This document shows, one piece after another, positions 11,701 through 25,000 of a stretch of DNA of 64,000 nucleotides. The DNA is from Ylistrum balloti (taxonomy: Eukaryota). The position numbers were made by a program, and so were the translations under genes. Under the pieces are notes generated by a model. It did no database searches, was not told the origin of the DNA, and saw nothing but the letters and a program-made list of their open reading frames with translations. Position 1 is the stretch's first letter. The number at the start of each line of letters is the position of its first letter. Where the stretch lies: NCBI RefSeq assembly GCF_031769215.1, contig NW_026782059.1:372001-436000 (forward strand), in the 5' to 3' direction.

Positions 11701-13795
11701 AAACTTTAACTCTATCAGCCAGGTTATAGTTTTCTGGGGAAAAACGATATGACAAGATCAAACTGAGTCCATAATTCAATGACATTGATATCAGTATCAT
11801 TGTCTGTTAGAGAGAACCACATATGTATTAAGTCTGATGTCAACAGATATAGTTTTGTTTAATTAATTCCATTTTTGTTCTGTACCCTTCTAAAAAAATT
11901 TGATTAACATTTGTAAATTTGTTCCCCAGTTATTACTATATTTTTAACAATATCTTATTTATTTTCAGACAGGGAAATTTGTTATTCAATGTGAAAATTG
12001 ACAAAACATGCAAATTGCCATCATACTTACCAGCACAGAAATCAATAAAATTTGTTAATATCTCTGAGTTTCCATCAAGGAACATAGTACCCAGGGTGGA
12101 GCCAAATGTGGCGCCTTCTCTGCACTTCTTCTCGGCTGTGAGCACCACAAACTCCTTCCCAGTTGCAGCTAACATCTCCATCTGTTAAGATGAATAGGTA
12201 ACCACTGTCAAATTCCCAATATCTATTTCTATGATATAAATGTCAAAACTATGTCAGAAATATCAATAGCAATATGATATTCTTATTAAACAATGGAATT
12301 TCAGGGAATTATGTTAAACCCAAAATCATTATCCTAACAAACAATTTAACACAAAGCATGACATTATCCCCGTGTCATTATCCCCCGCACCCCACTGTTT
12401 AAAAGAAAGACCCACAATCATATATATATCTAAATATAACAACAAGTTTTATTTCCATTTAAAATTTTTAATTATTCCATACAAAGTATTTATATTTTTA
12501 TTTGGCATAACTGTTTCTATGGTAACAGAAAAAAGTATTTAAATGGGGACTTTCCCCATAGCAAACGATACTACTAATTTAATAAGTGTAAAAAGTTTTG
12601 ACAGATTATCATGAATGGTTTCAGAGAGTTGGTCCAGAAAATCTGATATTTGTTATGAGGGTTATGTGTTTCCATGGTAACAGAAAACAAAATTAACAAG
12701 GGCACTAAACTGATATATAGAGAAAGTTTTGTGGAGTTGAGTGAAATGGTGTGAAGTTGTAGCACTAATTTTGTATTTTTTTGGCTATGTTTCCATGGTA
12801 ACAGAAAAAAAATGTTAAAAGAATAAAATGTCATCTACAGTAAAAGGCATAACTAGGGCACTAAATGAATACGTACAGCAAGTTTTGTGAAGTTGAGTTG
12901 AATGGTTTTGAAGTTATAGCCAAGAAAAACCCTCTGAGGCATGCACAGGCAGAACCCAAATTAATACCCCCTACAAACATGTTTTGCCAGGATAAAAATG
13001 TAAAACATGTCAACATTTTCCCTCACTTGGGTTGGGATTCATCTCTCAGAACCTTTAATCTCTTTCACAGATGACTGTTTGATGCCTTATACCATTGAGC
13101 ATGGAACAATAATTTCCTCTACTGGGTCTCACAAATTAGCCCCCTAGGAGAGCTAGACTACCGGTATCATGGTCCATTTGCACAAAACTATTTCTCTTCA
13201 AAGATATCAATGCTTCTCTAAATATGCTCAAAATCTCTTCATTCATTGACCTCAATTTCCCTTATCTAGCACCATTATTCTGTGTTCAATAATGGAATGT
13301 CCTCTTATACAAAATAATGACTTTTGATGAAAATCTCTTTATGTATGGCAGAAGCCTTTGAACCCAACTAAAAAGAATTTCAAGTTTTTCTAATCTTCTA
13401 TTCTCCGTAATTTCTCCTTCCCTTTTACTCCCAGTTTGGCTGGAGGCAATAGAACCTGAAGATTCAGAATGAATTCAGTTTTTTATTTTTTGATATGTAT
13501 CAAGAAGTTACATCTCTGACCAAAAAGGTAGGGAGAGATCAACAGCTTGACTTTCCCTTTACACAAAGTAGAGTCTCATTGAACATCTATGCTGAATTAT
13601 ATGGAATTGATTTGATGAAAAGAAAAGTTTCAGTTTCTTAAATATTTTTAAATACAGTTTAAAATACCCACCAAACTTGTCCATATGTCATTTACAGTTT
13701 AAAATACCCACCAAACTTGTCCATATGTCGGTGCTGATGCTGGAGTCTGGTACATCTATTGAGTGGAGATCTGTATTTATACCAGAGACATCCAT
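8666..13795 (-). CDS. C2H2 zinc-finger protein, about 1100 aa, 18 fingers in clusters of 3+4+11; coding exons 13795-13712, 12181-12031, 11733-8666
   Basis: 3-kb ORF with repeated CxxC-x12-Hx3-4H motifs and TGEKP/TGERP linkers. Strong acceptor TTTTTCCCCAG at 11734 (phase 1) matches the phase-1 donor G|GTAAGT at 12030. Exon 13795-13712 joins in phase 0 and its ATG is preceded by an in-frame TGA. Total 3303 nt, divisible by 3. The ORF-track start at 11800 is probably intronic. Confidence 0.88.
12345..12990. mobile_element. Degenerate non-autonomous (HINE-like) element in zinc-finger intron
   Basis: Three spaced GTTTC(C/T)ATGGTAACAG cores at about 12513, 12667 and 12789, plus a GC-rich terminal segment. 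Confidence 0.35.
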
Positions 13796-14213
13796 CTTAC
13801 TGTTATCTTGGCATCAACATCTATCCTGTAATAAGATGAGAAAGTGTATTAATATCATGTAACATCTAGTAAAGTCCCTGGCAGGTCAAACAGACCTAGA
13901 GGTCTGCGATCAGTCATCGCTGTTTGTAAACATATTTCACATCCGTGACCTTAGCTGCATGTTCACCTTATTTAAGTAAAACTATGCTCTTTATTGAATT
14001 CAGCTACAAGCTCATTATTAATTCCATATTTGTACAGCAGATGCCAACCTTATATTTGTGTCATCTAATGTTGTAGAACTTAAAAGCTATTTTATGATGT
14101 TTTAACTTTTTCTGAAATTCTATCCCAGTGACATGATTATCATTATTTATTTGAACATACTATTTGAATGATGCCTGTAACTCAGCTGACTAATGGATCA
14201 TGCATACTTCTTT

Positions 14214-14515
14214 GGGTCAGCTGGCAAAGCAGTGGATTATCACACAAGAGACCAAGGTTCGATTCCTGTCAGGGAAGTCAGCAGGAATGTGTTTATCCTT
14301 GTTTTCTGTATTAACATCAAACATAATCCAACTGGTTGCTATTTAGAGAATCTTCTTAATCTCAAGAAGATCAGAGAGATCAGTGTGAATTAAGCCAGAT
14401 CAGTGTGGCCATCACTCAGCCAACAAACCATGGTAATAGAGATGAAGGTTATCTTACCGGAGTCCCAGGATCAATTCCTGTATTGGCAGGAATGTGTTTT
14501 ACCTTGTTCTATTAC
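14214..14515 (+). mobile_element. Two degenerate tRNA-derived SINE copies
   Basis: B-box GGTTCGATTCC at about 14256 followed by GCAGGAATGTGTTT; the same downstream motif recurs at about 14487 after a decayed B-box. Confidence 0.45.
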
Positions 14516-15979
14516 CAGAATTTGAATGTTAACTAACTTACTTGCCTTATCTATCATCCTTTTGTAACAGAAACGAGTAATGAAAAATGCTGCTATCACA
14601 AAGATTCAGACTAGCAACCCTTTCTGTCAATTCAAAAGGATTATTATTACATATACAGGAGAGCGAGGCGTCATCTGCAAATAATTTGATTTAAATGGAA
14701 ACACATTCAACAGTATCATTTATACTAAAACAATAATGGACCAAGAAAAGAACCTTGTAGAACTCCTGTCTCAACAGAGTCAAAGGTTGAAGAATAATCT
14801 TCAGTTTGAACTCTTTGTTTCTAAAAGATAAAAAAAATTGAAACCAGTTTAAAAGATTACCTTTAAAACACCATATGATTCTTATCTATCAAAAGCCTTG
14901 CTTGTGTCACAGAATATAAATCTGATACCTTTACTTTGATCCTGGTAATTATAAATAGATAACAGTTGATATACAGTTGAATCTTTAGGTGTAAAGCCAG
15001 ACTGGGAAAAAGGAAAATCTCCACTAACCGAGGCCAGTAAGGCAATCTGTACACTCAACTTCTACATTATTCCCTCCTTCACAAAGTCTTTGCCGCCACA
15101 GCAACAACAAGTCAGGTTAAATATCTCCAAGGAAGCATCTCAGTCTCCTTTAGCTTCTATCCTTAGAGTTACTCCAACAATGTTAAGAGGTTTTACATGT
15201 CGAGATATTATGACAGGCGTTGCAGATAATCACACAGCTGACCAGCACCCTCTTATGTTATAGGAGAACCCTTAGAGTTGTCAATGGTACCTAATCTGTA
15301 TTAGGAAAAAAGTAATGAAAAAAACACTGCTATCCCTGGGGTTCAAATTATCAACTTTTCAGTCTCTAACCGGACACTCCACCACTTGACTAAAGGGAAA
15401 ATCCCACTAGCTGAGACTTGAGCTGTACTCCTAACTTCTACATTTTAAAAGAACAAGTTAGTCAAGTTTACAATCAACTTTGTTCCCGACAGAGAGCGCA
15501 TTATTTCGTGCTATATATGCCATTTCTTGCTATATCTGGCACCGACTTCCCCCCAAATTTAAACTGACCACACCATACATTGTCTACGTAGCATTTTTTT
15601 TCTGGATATGTATATTTTTCTATTGTTGTAAAAAAAATGATTGACTCAGTTGTTCCTTTAATACTTACTGAAGTATATAATGATAAACACACACGAACGA
15701 ACCAGTCACAATTTATTTGCCTATGATCTATGGCTAATGTGTCATACAGTTCACATGTACCAGCCTCGTCGATTGTATTGGCAGGCGAGAATAGTACCTT
15801 TGTACAGTGAGTTGCATATGTATCTGAACTGAAATAGAGTTGCCCCCCTTTCGGCAGAAAACCGCACCTCAATATCAACTGCAAGGATATTTGCAGCGCC
15901 CATAATTGATCAACAACCCCCGTTGCAAAAACAACACAACTGTACATACAAGCATTCGCTAAATTTAAGACATTGGCAA

Positions 15980-16480
15980 ATATATTATGGGGGCGGGGCC
16001 GTTTTGACGTCTCACAAACACACACTAGATCAATTTGTCTCTAGTCAGCCTAAAAAGAAAGCACGCGTCAAGATAATAACTCTGGTTTTGTTCGATTACC
16101 TGAACATGGCAACAACGTTTGGCCAACAATCGACTAACAGTTTATATACTTAAATGTGTGTTTATGGACCTGTTCAAGCTACCTTAGAAATGATCACGCG
16201 GAAGAAATGGATGTGAATAAAGTTCAATAATTTGTCACGCATCAAATTAAATAAGGTATCTCTTTATCCTATAAATACGGTATTTCCATGAGTTTCGACA
16301 CGCAGTATGTAACATGGAAATATAATCCATACACTTAAACCAATTAAAATACACATGGGTCAACAGAACTCTTAGTATACCTTAAAGTGTTTTTCGTACA
16401 TTTCCAGGTAGGTTTCTCCGTGAACCAATATGGCGGCGGTGAAATTTGTAGGGTGCGTTCGAATACCGATGCCAAGGTAA
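15980..16480. promoter_or_regulatory. Candidate CpG-richer (possibly bidirectional) promoter with the zinc-finger non-coding first exon
   Basis: GC box GGGGCGGGGC at about 15989, TGACGTC at about 16005, YY1-like AATATGGCGGC at about 16428, minus-strand donor CAG|GTAATC at 16099, plus-strand donor AAG|GTAAGA at 16477. Confidence 0.45.
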
Positions 16481-19062
16481 GAGACTTACAGTAATAAGGT
16501 TATGACGCAGTTATGAACTATGATATTTAGACATTTTCACTTTCAATACCATTGTTTTCAATAATAGAGTAGTTTTTAATCAATTATATATATAAATGTT
16601 GCTTGACGCTTTTAATATATAGACATTCACCTTTGGGATGAATTCTAGCGTTAAAGTTTACATGACGTGAATCTGCTGTAAATATATCACTACAATATAG
16701 GATAGCGTGGAGTTTGATATAACGAATGGTCAAATGGATTTCGAAGATTGAAACATTTCATATGTATATTAAAGTAGGTACTTTATCTTATTCCAATTCC
16801 TTTCCTCGCTTGTTTAAATACTGATCGGCAGAATCTTAATTCAAACTTATCTGTGTAACTTACCTCATGCAGGTAAACTTCAAAGCTGAAATTCACAGGC
16901 TTAGCAGTGAAAGGCATTATCTTGAAAAAACATCATATAACTAGTCGGGTATCTAGATTTTATACTACTTGATTGTTTAAAAGAAGTTTTAAACAGTATG
17001 GTCTTGAAATAAGGACTATATCCTTATTGATATTACCACTCTATGTAACTTTTGCTAATTGAAATTTGGCGTCTAACGGACAGACGATCGACGCCATATA
17101 CCACAGCATAGACTCTAGTACTTGCTCTTCAGGCAAACGGCTTGGTAATGAAACGAATGCCATGTGGAAAACGAAACATCGGGAAATTGTTACAGGTCTC
17201 GAAACTACTTCACAACGCACTCCACTTTTACTACCATCAACTTACTTACAACATACATTCCTCACAAATCAGCTAAGCAAGATAAGGCCAAAACTACCTT
17301 GAAATTCATTGCTTATGAATTAATGTTTACAATAAGGATTCTCTGACAGTTCAGCAATCTAGTATAAACGAGGGAGGTCCGTATTTTTATCATTACCGAT
17401 ATTCCGAAAGGGAAAAAAAAGTTAGTTGACATCTAGTCTGGTAATGTGTATATAGGGTGTGTTTGGCTATCATGCAAGCGTAGCTCATTTAGCATACAGT
17501 AAATAACGATGTGTTTTCAGACAACAATAGTTATCAGTTGCATTATCGGCCGACACATCAACGTACTCGTTATGCAAATTTTTAGATATGGTCTTAACAT
17601 CAGAACCAGTAAATACAGGCTTTTTGCAACGATTGTTTGAGCTTAGTGCGAACTTAAGTGTCAACATAAATAAATGTCTAAATTCGAAAATTCAATTTTG
17701 CATTTTCTCTTGCATTTTTATATTTCATTTGTTTTCATATTTTGAATTGCTTTCAAAAAGGGGGATGATGACTCGGAATGAATGACTGAGATACCTAATG
17801 CCGTGTCTGGTAACAATGTCAATAGAATGTTGGTTCGAATCTACCCTCCAGTTCATAAGAACAAAAGACTAGTGAGATTTTAACTGCAAAACTACATGTC
17901 ACGATTACAATATTCTATAGTTTACTATGCTATAATGTGTTTTATAAACTGTTGAATCATTACTTATCGTGGGGTTCCATTTTTGTTGATCAAATGTGGA
18001 CTCTAAATCCACGAATTCATTTGTCCACGGAATTCTTTGAATTATGTGAAGTTCTATGATAAAATATACACGGAATGAAACAGCCAGATTGACTGGAGCA
18101 GTCAAAGTCGTTTCATGGCAAATTGCCAATAGACGGGTTAGTTAAGACCAAAATATCTAGAAATTGCGTTGAAGGATTTTTATCGGAGTTTCGTCATTTA
18201 TGTTACAATAAATATGATCTTTTCACAAAGAAACTGTATTCAAGATGTCATGTGAACTGAAAAATACATTTTTTGTATGTGTGAGTACTATTCATATAAA
18301 GTATACAGCATCGTGGCAATGGATGAACGAAAATCTGTGTCACTTGAGAATTCGAGTCAAGTAACATTCCCTTGGTGTCGTCATTGTTTGTCTGAAGTGT
18401 CACTGTAGATATGGACAAATCATACGTACAGAACGATATTAAGTTTAACTCGAAATGACATTTTTCTCTTTCAGGTGCTTAACGAAAATTTGAAGATTGT
18501 TTTGCAGGACATGGCCAAGATTTTTGCAAAAGGAAAGAAAAAAGACAAAACTCACGATATCAATTGGTAAAATATGACCACGATCACTTTTCTAAAATAA
18601 TTTATGTTGGGGTACTTAGAATTAAATTTCTTTCCTATTGAGGTCCTGGTGAACCTTGACCAATGTCCGCGTGAGAACAAGACTTATCCCGTTTAATGAT
18701 CTTATTATATTTGTTTTAAAGATAAGCATGTTTTTGAACAGAAATACGACGGACAGATCCAATAAATAGTTTCTTTAAAAGGAAGGCATTCATGGACAGT
18801 GAAAATAAAGAGTCCTTTGACCCAATTCTTTGTTGGTACGTATATATACCTAATTGACAGACACGCTATTTCGTGTATATAATGATATATACTGGGATGT
18901 ATTTAAATCAACACAGACATACAGAAAACTAAAAACCACCGGGTAGATCTTTTGAAACATACTAATGCTAGACAGTCGTGTAGCAGTTAGGAACAGTATC
19001 ACAATGTTTTATGTAAAACATGTTTACATAATAGTGTAGATTATTGTTTTGGATTTGAAAGC

Positions 19063-22000
19063 ATGCAGCTTTTGGGAATTATTTTGTTGCTGAATTATGT
19101 GGGTAAGTTCAATTTTTTCTCACTTTTTGTATTTTCTAATCTTCTTTACATTTAATTGCTCTGTCACAAAATGAAAAAAAATCTATCAAAATCAAAAATT
19201 TTATGATTCATCTTTACACGTGACACTCAGGACTGAATTGTACATTTTTCATATTTTCAAGTTTTATATTTTAATAATTTTATCAAATAATGACAAAGAT
19301 TCGATTTTCAGCTTTAGCGATTGAGTCTTGCTTATTGCTGAAGACACTTGACGACTGAACAGAAGTTTATCATTATTATTCCGTTAAGTCCGTACATGCT
19401 GTGAAATGAGTTTCGCGTGTAGTGTAACAATATAACTTATCTATACTCCACGCTGTTGGGTTTATATATAGTGGTGCTGTTGACACGTGTTCTTGTTTTT
19501 ACAAAATAACAACTAACATCGGGTAATTTAATGTATAAATTACACTAACATGTATAAATTCTATCGAGATCACACTACCCAGGGGCGGATTCAGAATTTC
19601 GGGATAGAGAAGCGCTCGTATTTTTTAACTTAAAATTTCACCTCTAAATCCGCCAGTGCTACCCTTACATAATAATGGCTCACGTTTTACACCACCTTAT
19701 GAAAAAAGAGGATTTTTTCAGATCGTTTTACGACAAAACAGATTTTCATTTTAAGAACCCTCCTTGATATAACGGGGTTTCTTTTAAGAATCTTAAAATT
19801 TGAAGATTGTTTTGAGGGACGTGACCAAGATCTTTCCAAAGGAAATAAATAAACAAACACCACCATATTAATTGATAAAAATGTGACCTCGACCAGTTTT
19901 CTAAAACGTGTTATGTTTATTTTTAAGAAAAAAAAGATCATTGTATACACAAATGATTATTTTGATAGTTAATGTAAGCTCATAACCAGTTAACGGTAAA
20001 TAAATTGTACGTATAAATTCAATCAATATTGATTTTGAGAACAAACAATCCTTAGTTAGAACATTGATTGAGAATTCATGAAACTATTGAACATACCGTT
20101 CATTATACAAAATTCGACTTTATTTATTTGAATTATTCTAATAATTGCCAGACATTTCACAAGCATCCGTGAGCACCGTCATAGTTTTATCTTGTGAAGC
20201 AAGTCAGACGAATGTATATTATATACGATGTAGACAATGTGATGATTGTACCATATGGTAACCACATCCAGAGATAACCACAGGTTTGATATCACCTTTT
20301 GTATGTCATTGTCTAGGTAACGATTGTTTGGTGTTTAAAGAACACAGAAATTAAAACGAGGTCACGTATTTACACCGGTTCGGAATGAAAAATATCAAAT
20401 ATCGAATTTTGATTTTGTTGTCGGCTTTTCCATTTATAACGATAAAGATGTTTACTGTTGAAACATAATTACCCAGACAAAACACCACACAAAGCCGGAC
20501 CAAAGAACTCTGTATAGCTGTACAACATCGACATTTACCTAACTTCCCTATTAGAGATAAGTGATATGGCCGATCAATTTAATGAGTCCAATAATTGAAG
20601 ATAAGTTGAATATTTTAAAAGACAATTAATATAAAACGCATTATAAACAATGCCAATATATCTGTACTCTGTTTGTTTTCAAATCCTTGTTAAGCGCTCA
20701 CTGACTGGATAAAATTTTATTCACAAACTATGTTATATCAAATCTTTGATCTCATCTTTTATTGTAGCGTTTACACGTAAGTGTTCCGTAATAAAAACAC
20801 AGTTAAATCTCGTTATCTCGAACTCATGTAACTCGAAGACCCCGTTTAATTTGACGTATTCCGTCATTCCTTGCCAAACATTCGAACTCATTTAAATCGA
20901 ATACTCAGATAGCTCGAAGTTTTCGAGATAATGGGGTTCAACTGTATATGTTTGGTTGTCATAGAAACGGTTCGCCAAAACAATCGAGTTGTGGGGTGTT
21001 ACGTTTGTTGTCGAACCAAAAATGAAATATAGCCCAGCTATTGTAGTAAATACCTATTTATCTAAATACACGGTTGTAATATGATGATGTTGTGACATAC
21101 AATACATAATATTCAAAAGTATATATAACGATATTCCTGACAAAAGGTTTGTGTGATGAGTAACACGATAGCTAGAACAAGTTATCAATTCTCCGTGAGA
21201 ATTTCTGTTCATAAAAGGCGCACCCTTTAAAACTGCCGCTGAATAGAACAGAGATTGTCAACAACTAGACGTAGAACAGAGCACGTTTCCAATTAAATGT
21301 CGATCTCAATCAGTGTCTATCATGGCTTTCAAAAGCAATGGGTCTAGTTTCAGAACAAATCTCAGAGTTTTTAATTAAGTGAAAGTAATGACATTTGCAC
21401 GCAGATAACTGATCTTGACACAAGACACATATATACGACATTCTATAATGTACATCAGGAACCGTGATTTGTACACATTTTAATCGTTCGAACAAGTTAC
21501 CGCAATGTTTACTGAAGATTTTTTTTTTCAATTTGCTGACTTTCACAAACGATACAGTGATTTTACAATAATATACATCAAATACCACTTCAACACTCAT
21601 TGTCTGAAAAATCTTTCTTTTTTTTTGTTTTGTTTTGTTTAAATATATCACAAGTATCAAACGGGTATAAATGGCATAGATAAACTGTTTGTGACCGGCA
21701 TCTATCACAAAATACATTCACACACACATTTATATAAATATATATACCCAAACTGTTGTTTACTTGTCTGGGTAAAATCATAAACATACTTATTTTGGTG
21801 TTTGAAATCTCCAGTTTGCTATGATAATGTTGATCTTTAATTACAAACTATAATTATATACACTGGATTAATTCCACCGCCACAGATCGGATTGTTAAAC
21901 CGTCCATTCACCACAAATCTAATGTTGAATCCGCAATCAGCGACAATAAACTAAAATGCCACACTCTTTCAAACATTAATTTGATCAAACATCGCATATC

Positions 22001-25000
22001 ATTTCGTGATTTCAAGTCAGGCATTTCCAGTTAGATAACAAGTGTCATGATACGAACTTGCGTAGAGCTTGACGAGTAAAATACAATGATATTTTATGGT
22101 AACTGTTTATACACGCATCACATTAAAGAATTGTTTTAATGTACATTAAAAATTCAAAGTGAATGATAATTTTACTTTACAAAACACACGATCAAATATG
22201 AGTATCATAAATGATTGATGAACAGCGAACAGACCTTACGATATTGGAAGTCTACTTAATTTGGAGTAATCAAATTACAGCGGATTATCACTTTTTGGCA
22301 AATTATCACAATTACCAATTTGTTTATTCACAATTAATACTATATAAATAACATACAGAAACTATAAATAGCGCGGACACATTTTAGTGCAATATTCTCA
22401 CGTGCGCGAGAAGTACTAAGATCATATTACAGCTACAATATGATGGTTAATAGTAAACACAGGTTTTACACGCGATAAACGAGTACATCTTTATTATAAA
22501 GATACTAGTAGTTACAGTCAGTGTTATTTTTTCATTCTTTTGCTCCGGGTCAGAAAAAAAGATAATATTGACATGTTAAAAAAATCACAAGCCTTACTCG
22601 AAATCGTAAAAACGACAGTCAAATACACCAAGGCTTATAAAGGAGTACGCATTTTATGTCTCTGTTATATTGCTAACAGCTGATACAGTAAATTAGGTAA
22701 TGCCCTTTGTTTCAGGCACGTGATGTTTATACACAGATATAGGAACCATATGATATAAAAAGCAACAAATACTGCTTAGATGTAGGTAAAGCGAAAGTAG
22801 AAATAGATGTGAAAATTCCTCCGTTACTGTTTATTGGATTCTAAGTAACAAACATTTGATATCTGAAATAATTTTAGATTGATTTCAAATAATAATATGC
22901 ATTTTATATAAGTTTTTCGGTTGTAGTAAGTTCCTAATTTTGTATTCAGAGTGTTGCAATAAATATCGGTGATAGAGAAATGTACTTAAATGCCATAGCA
23001 CTGGTGTTTAAATGTTTCAAACACTTCGTAAGCAAAAGTTTAATCTAAATTGCAATTTAGACATACTTTAGACCGAAACTGTGCTACCAAACGTGTTTAA
23101 TGATTCTTTAAAACGTCGATAATTTGCTAGTTTCTATTCAATATTTAATTGTATATACACACAGATGACCTTCAGTTTGAAATTAGAAATAGACACGAAA
23201 TTGACGTTTATATTTCAAAAGAAAAAAAATTATGGACTTTTAAAATTAGTTTATTGACTTAATACGGTTTTCGACCAGCCAACGAAATAAAACATGTGTT
23301 ATTTATAGTTAGCAAAAACAGAATCGATATAAAGTTCTGGGGAAACAACGAAACAAACTTAAAAGCAATGATAAGTATCATTTTAACACATATTACGACC
23401 TTCAGTTCTGAAACTGAAAAACACGACGTTGACATTTAAAGTTTAAAGAACAAATCGTGACCAAAGCTTTTAAAATCAGAAAAGATAAACATGATTTTTG
23501 AACATTAAATGAAATTAGACTTAAGTGACATATATACTCGTACATACATATTAACGTAAATATTAAATAGTTTCTTTAAAAAATAAATACATTACAGACG
23601 AGCTTCAATATATTTTTCATATAACATACAATAAAGTAAAAAAAAAACTTTAAACATGAATAGTTAAATATAGTTAAATATTTTGCATTTGTCTAATAAA
23701 GTAAACAACACATTCAAAATTTTTCATTGTTCTTTTAAAAAACACCAATGTAGAAAAAATATCGACATATCACAGAATCTTACCATTTATCTATATATCC
23801 ACCAGAACTGGAAATCATGGACGTTTTTTTTTTTAACATCAGCCGCTTATCTCGAATTTTCCGACAACAAAACCAACATGGACAGTCTTTTACCAAGTTG
23901 TATGATAAGCGTGTTGATTTCAATTTCAATATTGTGAATTTTCCATTTCTGGATAGCAACATTCCTGCATCCCAACCTACTGTGTTTACATGTAGCAGTT
24001 GATTCGATATTCAAGGGCATGTTCCCATTTCGTGATTTTCGTACAAGAAACTGTCAACTGACGGAAAAAAACTCGTAACAAAGGGTTTCAAAAGATGCAG
24101 GTTGATGAGTAATACGGGGTAGATTTCACGGTCGTCATAGTGATCTCATAGAGAAATATTCACTTTCTTTATGAGACATAAAGCTGGACGTATTTGATGA
24201 TCGTTAATTTGCCTGTTGGTTCAGCTGTTGTATACCTTGTTCTAATTTGAGAACCTGCCATTGCTTACTTGAACTGACAAAGATTTACATGGCGTCTGTC
24301 GTCGATGACACTCTTCTGGAACACCTGGTCTTATTCTCCTTGTACGTTTTCATAAGACACCGTATAAATTTATCTTTTGTTCATATTTTGCCCTAGCTTT
24401 ATTGAATTTAAATTTGTATCATGTTTATGTTGACATATTGGCATTTTCTTGTTGTTTTCAAACACAAATTCGGCTAAAGATTACCACGGATATCTGTGAA
24501 AATGTGAAAATGTAAAATGATGAAGACCTCGTGTTTCGGAAGGGTCAGCGTTAGATGCGTTTGATGCTCGTCAGAATGCGAGATGTTCACATTGCTATAT
24601 ACATGCACCTTGTTCTCATTGAACACGTGAGATTGCTCAGCTTGAACTAGATGTACATAGTGGTTGTTTTTCTCATGTTCTTGTCCCTTTTAAACTCTTA
24701 ACTGATAGAAAAATCAAGAAATTTCGGAAGTAAAATTTAAATCAACATGAATTTTCAAAAAGGATAGAACAGAAAAGTGACATTGAACTACAATGGTAAT
24801 GAAATTTCATATTTCTTCAGATCTTACCTTGTGACTAAATGTATTATTTAAATTGAAATGTGTATATTTTATTATCTGTATTATGACACTCGTTTTGACC
24901 AGTGCTGATTTAGCAAGATACCAATAGTTGTAAGAGTGACAACATAATTTATCACGAAGTCACCTTATAATACAGTTTAATTAATTTGGATTTACTAAAT

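Noticed and set aside
11734-11800. ORF-track N-terminus MILISMSLNYGLSLILSYRFSP of the ZnF protein
   Set aside because: It contains a strong polypyrimidine-AG acceptor at 11734 whose phase matches the upstream exon, so it is probably intron.
13180-13460. Purine-rich minus-strand stretch resembling a decayed ORF or extra ZnF exon
   Set aside because: Stops occur in all frames examined, there is no motif, and the ZnF CDS is complete without it.
14214-14290. Possible tRNA gene
   Set aside because: The B-box is present but there is no acceptor stem or cloverleaf, and the downstream motif is shared with a second decayed copy, so it is a SINE.
15501-16025. 174 aa minus-strand ORF
   Set aside because: Non-ATG start, no recognisable motif or matching splice phases; it lies in the presumed first intron and promoter.
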